From: Octopus vulgaris
Lineage: Eukaryota
Assembly: GCA_951406725.2 (NCBI GenBank)
Contig: OX597819.1
Location: 7,936,001-8,000,000 of the forward strand
DNA length: 64,000 bases
Direction of reading: 5' to 3'
The notes under the pieces are model-generated. The model was not told the origin of the DNA. It was given only the letters and a program-made list of their open reading frames with translations, and did no database searches. Positions 56,654-64,000 of the stretch are shown here, piece after piece. How positions within the stretch are numbered: the first letter of the stretch is position 1; each line of letters opens with the position of its first letter. A program made the translations under genes and the position numbers.

Positions 56654-56752
56654 TATTTCTTTTAGTCCATATTAGATATAATAGAGAAGGGCTGTGAACA
56701 ACAGTGTTCCAATCACGTACACCTGATCTGTTTTTCAGACATAGTATCTCCC

Positions 56753-56974
56753 TTTACTCTTTTACTCTTTTACTTGTTTCAGTCATTTGACTGCGGCCAT
56801 GCTGGAGCAACGCCTTTAATCGAGCAACTCGACCCCGGGACTTATTCTATGTAAGCCCAGTACTTATTCTATCGGTCTCTTTTGCCGAACCGCTAAGTTA
56901 CGGGGACATAAACACACCAGCATCGGTTGTCAAGCAATGCTAGGGGGACAAACACAGATACACAAACATACACG

Positions 56975-57030
<56 letters not shown>

Positions 57031-57202
57031 CATATATACGACGGGCTTCTTTCAGTTTCCGTCTACCAAATCTACTCACAAGACTATGGTCGACTCGAGG
57101 CTATAGCAGAAGACACCTGCCCAAGATGCCACGCAGTGGGACTGAACCCGGAACCATGTGGTTGGTAAGCAAGCTACTAACCACACAGCCACTCCTGCGC
57201 CT
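56753..57202 (-). mobile_element. SINE family B
   Basis: Reverse complement of the family B pattern. Confidence 0.9.
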
Positions 57203-58059
57203 ATATCTGTACATAATAGATACATTACCCAGTGAGCAAACCTAATGACATCGACGTTCCTACTTAATGTACTTGTCATGTTTCCTTTTTACTGATAACA
57301 TCATAGATATTGCATTTTTGATCAACTCGGGTTTTTTTCTTTAGCTTTTCTTTCAGCATAACCATTGTAAACATTGACCCATCTAGTAAAGGAAATGGAT
57401 CTCCGTCATCCTCGATGACGAGTTTTCCAGTTGCTAGACCAACTCTTTTGCTAGCCCACTATGCATATAAGTGTAGATATCTTTTATCCTTTATTGGCTT
57501 CAATCATTGGACTGCAATCATGTGGGTCACTACCTACAAAGGCTTAGTCAAACCCAGGAAGTGGCGGGGAATAAACCTAAAGGTATATACACACATATGC
57601 ATATGCACATAATACATACATATATATAGATATATGGATATATGTATATATATATATATATATTGTGTGTATGTGTGTGTGCCTGTGTGTGTATGCTTGT
57701 TTGTGTGTGTGTGATGTGTGTGTGTGATGTGTGTGTGTGTGTGATGTGTGTGTGTGTGTGTGATGTGTGTGTTGTGTTTGTGTGTGTGTGATGTGTGTGT
57801 TGTGTTTAGTATGTGTGTACACACAAACACACGTTAAACACACACCACACAGATCACACACACACACCACATACGCACCACACACACAAACAGGCATACA
57901 TATACAGGCATACACATACAGGTACACACACATACACACACACACACACACACATATATAGTGCTTCTCCACAGCATCCGTTTACGAAATTTACTCATGA
58001 GGCATTGGTCCGCCTGGAACTATAGTAGAAAATGCTTGCCTGCCCAAGGTGCTGTGCTG

Positions 58060-58572
58060 AGGAGGGAGACGATGAAGACGACGATGACGACGATGATGAT
58101 GAGGATGATGAGGATGGTGAGGATGACAATGAGGATAATGACTACCACAACTGTCATGGTACTAGTAAATGTTGGTGGGGGTGGCTGTGATGTTGGAGGT
58201 GGTGATAGTGGAAATGGTGGCGGTGACAGTCGAGGTGGTGATGGTGTTGGTAGTGGTAGCAGTAGTGTTGGTGGTGGCGGTGCTGTTAGTGGTGGTAAGG
58301 TCATAATGGTGTGGTTGTAGTAACATGATGGTTTTGGAGGTGTTATTGTCAGTGGTGGTATTAGTAAAAGTGATGGTAGCGGTTGGCATAGTGATGGTGG
58401 TTGTGGTTTTGGTCGTGTTGTCGGTGGTGATTCAGGCTGTAGTGGTGGCGGTAGTTGCAATTGCGGTGGCTGTGGTGGTTTTGGTAGTGGTCGTGATGGT
58501 TTTAGCTTTGTTGCTGATAGTGGTGGTAGTGTTTGTGACGGTTATGGTTTTGGTAGTAGTTATGGTGGTGGG
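58060..58572. repeat. Decayed (GAT)n/(GGT)n low-complexity region
   Basis: Degenerate trinucleotide periodicity. Confidence 0.8.
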
Positions 58573-60099
58573 AAAACAGATAAAATCTGATACCCTTGAT
58601 CCCCGACGTTGGGCCTTAATCAGCAATACCGTAAACTAAGACATTTGATTCCGGTGAGTAACCTTTTTATTTAAGCTCCATCTGTTTTGAGTCTGGTGTT
58701 TAGGAAGATGAGGTGGGAATCGACATTTGGCAGCCTCTCTGAAAATTATTGTTTCATTTCATCATCACTATTTATTCTAGCCGCTACCACCGCCAACACC
58801 ACCACTATCTGCCGCAATTGCATGCATATTTTGAAAATCGATCGATCACCTCGTTGGTCGTCACTAAATCGCTTGCACAGGAGAAAGAGGTTTTGATTTA
58901 TATAAACTTGATGAATATTCATGCCGCTTTCTCTTACTCAGTCTCTTAAGTTATGGCCTTGACCCTTTTTACGTGCGGAATGGCAGTAAAGGAGAAATAT
59001 AACTACATATATAATCATCCAATGTGATTTCGAGTCCCCGCTTATCATCAGTTCAATATTTACGACCAAATCATTTGTAGACATCACAGAAGTAAAATAT
59101 CAACAAATATTTCTGTAGGTTTATTCATTATATTTTGTTTGAAATCGTAGATACCATCACTCACTAGCTAATTATATGTTTTTCTATCAATGCCTATACA
59201 GTTTTAGATTCTTTTTCTGTGCCTTTCCCAAAATATCTATTACTTATATACATAAAATACGACAGTAGTCATCTTTAAATGAACGAAATTTAAACCTTTA
59301 CTATTTAATCCACAATTATATGAGTTTTCTATGAATGTTTATACACATTCGGGCTGTTTCCCTCTCTTTCACAATATTCTACTCTTCGTTTACATAGATT
59401 ACGATAGTATTCTTTTTAAGTATATATTATATATAATTTAAAGTTTTAACAAGTAACAATCTAGCAAATAAACCTGGTCAGCAAAATTCACATAATTTCT
59501 TGCACCAAAATCGAAATCAGTTAATCTGTACTAATTTTGAATTACTGATTACAAAATTCATTATCATTATTCAAAATTAGCTAAAAGTTTTGAAGTATAG
59601 AAATGTGCCACTTTTCAATGCTTCAATAGAAATATAGCACAATAGGAAACAATGACGTCATCTATTACAAAGTACTGCATCATCCCATTAAAAAAGTATG
59701 ACGCAATTCATTGCAAGTTTTGCATCATCCGAATCGAATGGTAATTACTCTATTTTACCGCTGTGCCACATTTTTCGCGAAATATTTGCAATTATGTTAG
59801 AACCATATTTATAACTTTCTAAAAATGCTTTGTAGTTGTACATAACTTTTGCTACACCTGAAGATAATCACCACCCCCATATCGCAAAAGTCTGAAATGA
59901 TTTCAGCAATAAAGTTTACCATATTTGTGGGTTCTAATACAGAAACCAGCTTGTTGCTTGGTACTAATAAGACCACCACAAGCTGCAATTGAAGCCTTAA
60001 AGGCTTCCGCAAGAATAACCGTACCGTCCATCATGTGAGATAAGAAGGGAGTATTAGGATTTAGGCAGAGTGGTCCGTTCGAAAAATATAGACTTAAAA

Positions 60100-60800
60100 C
60101 AAGGCTCTGTGACTCTAGTGCCGCAGATTTGGATGGAGGGTGGAAACTCTACTATTCAGGTGTCGTGCCAACTATGTATGCAGAAGCAGGAGTGGGGATA
60201 CTCATAATCTGTCAGCGGTTGGATTATAGTATGGAATGGATACCATTTGGTGGTAGGGTTTGCTTCCTGAAACATGGGTTGAATGAATGATCGATGTGCT
60301 GTTGCAAGTATATACACCAAACAGCAAGGTCGAATACAAATTCTTCCTTGACCAAGTCACTGCAGTTTTAAATGAAATTAAAACCAACTCATTTATCCGA
60401 CAAGGAGATTTCAATGTAGATGTTGACACTGATCCCTGATGTGGAAAGGAATGAATGGGAGAAATGGTGAGCCCGAACTCAATGCAAAAAGAAGAAGCCT
60501 TACAAGACCTCTGTGTTGGGAATGGAATTTATATCATGAACACCTTCCAATAATATATACCTGGTGCGTATACCATAAATATACCTGGTGTAAGAATATA
60601 TTGATCCTGAGGTCACTGATAGATATTGTTATCGTCTTGGACGTCTTTCCTTCTGTGCTGGACGTTCGTGTAAAGAGAGAATTGGAGTTAACAACTAATC
60701 ACCGCCCAGTTGTCTACAACCTGAGTCTATCTACATAGGGTGTACTCACAAAACTAGTAAGTCCACTGCGGGTTATAGGATAAAGTGTGAAGCCCTGGCT
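60100..60800 (+). pseudogene. Decayed RTE-like LINE AP endonuclease fragment
   Basis: GWKLYYSGV..AEAGVGILI, LQVYTPNS, GDFNVDV, IMNTF, HKYTW, RSLIDIVIV, DVRVKR..TNHRPV across broken frames. Confidence 0.8.
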
Positions 60801-61067
60801 GGTAATGGGACCAAACATAAATACGTGGATACTATTACATCGAAATTCAAAGTCTTCCTGAATAAACGAGGATGCCGAAATGAAATGGAGACTGCTCGGA
60901 ATTTGATCGTACAGTGCCGAAGACGAAAGCAGCTGGTAGTAAAAGAAGCCACTAGTTTAACAAGAAAATTAAAGGAAGCATCCGAGCAGAAAAGACTTAC
61001 AAAGCTTGGTTTGAAAATAAACCTCCATTTTGGGCATGCAATACATATATATATATATATATATATA

Positions 61068-61406
61068 TTTTACCCCTCCGCAAAAAAATCTCAAATTTTA
61101 TTTAATTTGATTTTCGCGGGAAGGAAAGTTTTATTGAAGTCATGTATCGCCTTGACCTTCGAAACGTGGAGAAGATGAAACAAAGGCGACTGAAGAAGGG
61201 GAATTTTCTTTGTTTTGTATGTCCTGTACTCTATTTTTTCGTTGTTTAAAATAAATGTCCATTTCCTTGGTTTTGTGTTTATGTTTTCGTTTCTCATTGT
61301 GTTCGACGTTTTTTTTTGTGTCCTGTACCCATATATGCATGTATATATACATGTAGAGGTAGGTACGTACATATATGTATGTATATATGCATATGTTTTA
61401 TTTATT

Positions 61407-61410
<4 letters not shown>
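61068..61410 (+). mobile_element. Second copy of the repeat at 2014-2355, between two (TA)n tracts
   Basis: Reverse-complement similarity over about 340 bp. Confidence 0.8.
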
Positions 61411-61456
<46 letters not shown>

Positions 61457-62154
61457 CAACTACTACCGTAGTTGAATGATATTCTTAAGGCGGCAATTTA
61501 CTCACACGTAGCATCTTTCGGAGCTTGTCGCTAATTCAGTTCTCGACCAAATTGAAAACATTTTTGAAGAGGACTGGTCTCTAGGTTGGCATAAGAAATG
61601 GAGATTTGGCCTAGTAGAAGAAAGTTTACATCAAAATTTGTAGCAACGTTATAGGAGAGTAAATAACGCCAACAACCAAATATAAATCTAACTAACTTGA
61701 AGAATTTCATAGTTTTTATCCCATGTAACAAAAATTTGTATCAAAAAAGTTCTGAGGTAAAAGACTATGAAAAAATTTATAATTAACTTTTATATTTTAA
61801 AAACAAATTATATTTTAATTAAGCTTAAATGATAGAGCTTAATCCGAGAAATTTCATAGTATCAATCTCATGCAATGAAGTTTTAAAAGAAAAAGGTTAT
61901 GAGTGTTTGTTTCTCAAATTTGAGGGTGATAATATAGTTCTATACTTTTTTATGAATATTGTTCTAGGGCACTTTTAATATATGTCACCGACATCATTGA
62001 GGTAAAGAAAAAAATTATCAACGACAACGCAAATTGACACATTTAACACATTATTAATTAGCATAATAGCGTATCCTGGGAAAATCATGGATTACATGGA
62101 AAAATGCTAGCAAGAGATCTAAAATTCTTAAGAACAGGACATGTTATTACACAT

Positions 62155-63360
62155 GGAAAAGTTCAGGGCAAGTTATTACATCTGGAAAAGTACATAACAA
62201 AAAAAAATTACTTAAAATATTGCAAAGAAGGATAAAATTTGAATATTAAAACTTATTTTATTTTAATTTACGAAGTAATATTATAATTAAGAAAGGTGCC
62301 ATCATTCTGTTAAAATATTGACATATTAAAAAAATGAGAGCCAGAAGTACAATATAACTAAAGTTTTATGCAAAGTAGAATCGTATAAATGGTAGACAAA
62401 TTCATTGTGTAAAAAATAGGTCAAGACTAAAAATGTGAAGACTTGGCAATAACTTGTGCAATAACTCAAGCAAATCTTACTGTGAATTTGTTGTTGTAGG
62501 TTGACTTTTACTGTAATATGTAACTATGGAGGCGCAATGGCCCAGTGGTTAGGGCAGCGGACTCGCGGTCGGAGGATCGCGGTTTCGATTCCCAGACCGG
62601 GCATTATGAGTGTTTATTGAGCGAAAACACCTAAAAGCTCCACGAGGCTCCGGCAGGGGATGGTGGTGATCCCTGCTGTACTCTTTCACCACAACTTTCT
62701 CTCGCTCTTTCTTCCTGTTTCTCTTGTACCTGTATTTCAAAGGGCCGGCCTTGTCACTCTCTGTGTCACGCTGAATATCCCCGAGAACTACGTTAAGGGT
62801 ACACGTGTCTGTGGAGTGCTCAGCCACTTGCACGTTAATATCACGAGCAAGCTGTTCCGTTGATCGTATCAGCTGGGACCCTCATCGTCGCAACCGACGG
62901 AGTGCTTCTACATAATATGTAACTAATTTTTGTGTTATTGTATTTATTGTACTAACTAATTATGTACGACTATTATTTTTTATAACCTATTTTCTAATTA
63001 ATAATTAATAATTAATAAGTAAAACAATGAATGACTTGAGTATGATTGAGATACAAGTGCAAAAAATATTTTGAGTTATTTTTAATTTTTAATACAAGTA
63101 ACAAGTAAAAATAGATAGAAGTAATATAAACTAATTTTTGTATTATTCTATTTATTGCACTAACTAATTATGTACTATTATTATTTTTTTATAACCTAAT
63201 TTCAAATTTCTAATTATTAATTTTTAGTTTTAATAAAAGCTAATATTTTCTAAATCTAAATATTTTATTTGAAATGTTATCCTTAGCTGCATTATTTTAA
63301 GTAAATCTTTTCTTGTTCTATACTTTACCAGATGTAATAACTTGTGCTGAACTTTTCCGG
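62155..63360. mobile_element. AT-rich foldback/MITE-like element with imperfect terminal inverted repeats of about 100 bp
   Basis: GGAAAAGTTCAGGGCAAGTTATTACATCTGGAAAAGTA... versus ...TACTTTACCAGATGTAATAACTTGTGCTGAACTTTTCC. Confidence 0.6.
62527..62912 (+). mobile_element. SINE family A
   Basis: TSD TAATATGTAACTA. Confidence 0.92.
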
Positions 63361-63376
63361 ATTTATGTGTACTAAG

Positions 63377-63945
63377 TTTTAACGTTATAGCTTACTTATG
63401 CTATTTACAGCAGTGTTTAGAAAGAAGGTGTGTAGCGTGTGGTCGTCGCATTGTCAGTGACAGAGGAAGTTGAGCAGATAATCTGCTTCAAATTTTGCCA
63501 AAAGCTTGGCGATGCCTGCTTAAAGTCCCACGCAAAATTTTCAAAAGGTTTTCATCGTTCTCGACACAATCAAGGAGATCTTGTACAACTGAATCCCGAG
63601 TATCTTTTTGGTCAGTTGAAAGCGGTTTTGGCATAAAATTTGAAAACACGCATCTCATACCAAATTCTTCAGTGATAATGGACTGAACTGAACCGTAACT
63701 AATCTGTACATCCTCTGATAAATCACGGATGGTGATTCGACAATTTCTCCCTCACAGCTGCACACACGTCTGCAATGTTTTTCTCTTACACTTCTCTCCA
63801 AACACTTTCTCCAGCTTTGCACAGGCCTCTGAGCAGATATCGCCATGACAACTTCTCTTTCGTGGTCACTGCGACAATCACTCGCTACACACCTTCCTTC
63901 CAAGTACTACTGTAAACAACGGAAGTGAGCTAGAACGTTAAAACA
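63377..63945. mobile_element. Two convergent 5' fragments of a second, older mariner family
   Basis: Plus strand EQIICFKFCQKLGD; minus strand RITIRDLSEDVQISYGSVQSIITEEFGMR..FMPKPLS; shared upstream sequence is present in both orientations. Confidence 0.75.
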
Positions 63946-64000
63946 GAGCGCATACACAACAGGGGTCAAAGTTAATCTTTGCTAAGCAATTTTACTCTGT

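Noticed and set aside
61150-61205. CGAAAC...CTGAAGA as a permuted hammerhead
   Set aside because: No stem III or cleavage triplet pairing can be formed

Overview
This is AT-rich eukaryotic DNA with very dense microsatellites. The SINE families resemble those of coleoid cephalopods, so an octopus genome is the likely source (inference). I found no intact host gene, rRNA, true tRNA or CRISPR array, and nearly all ORFs in the supplied track are microsatellite or SINE translations. The window is an intronic or intergenic accumulation of transposons: about 25 tRNA-derived SINE copies built from shared modules (many with clear target-site duplications), three non-autonomous Helitrons, two near-full-length dead mariner elements, MITE-like elements, and decayed Tx1-like, R4/Dong-like, RTE-like and Penelope-like retrotransposons. 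The observations most worth checking are: degenerate Penelope-type hammerhead ribozyme motifs, a non-coding element inserted in (AAT)n, a head-to-tail SINE stack, a local inverted duplication with a TSD-flanked templated insertion, lesions shared by both mariners, a Helitron empty-site paralogue, a bZIP motif cluster, and two candidate low-complexity exons. No new multi-gene system can be supported from the sequence alone.
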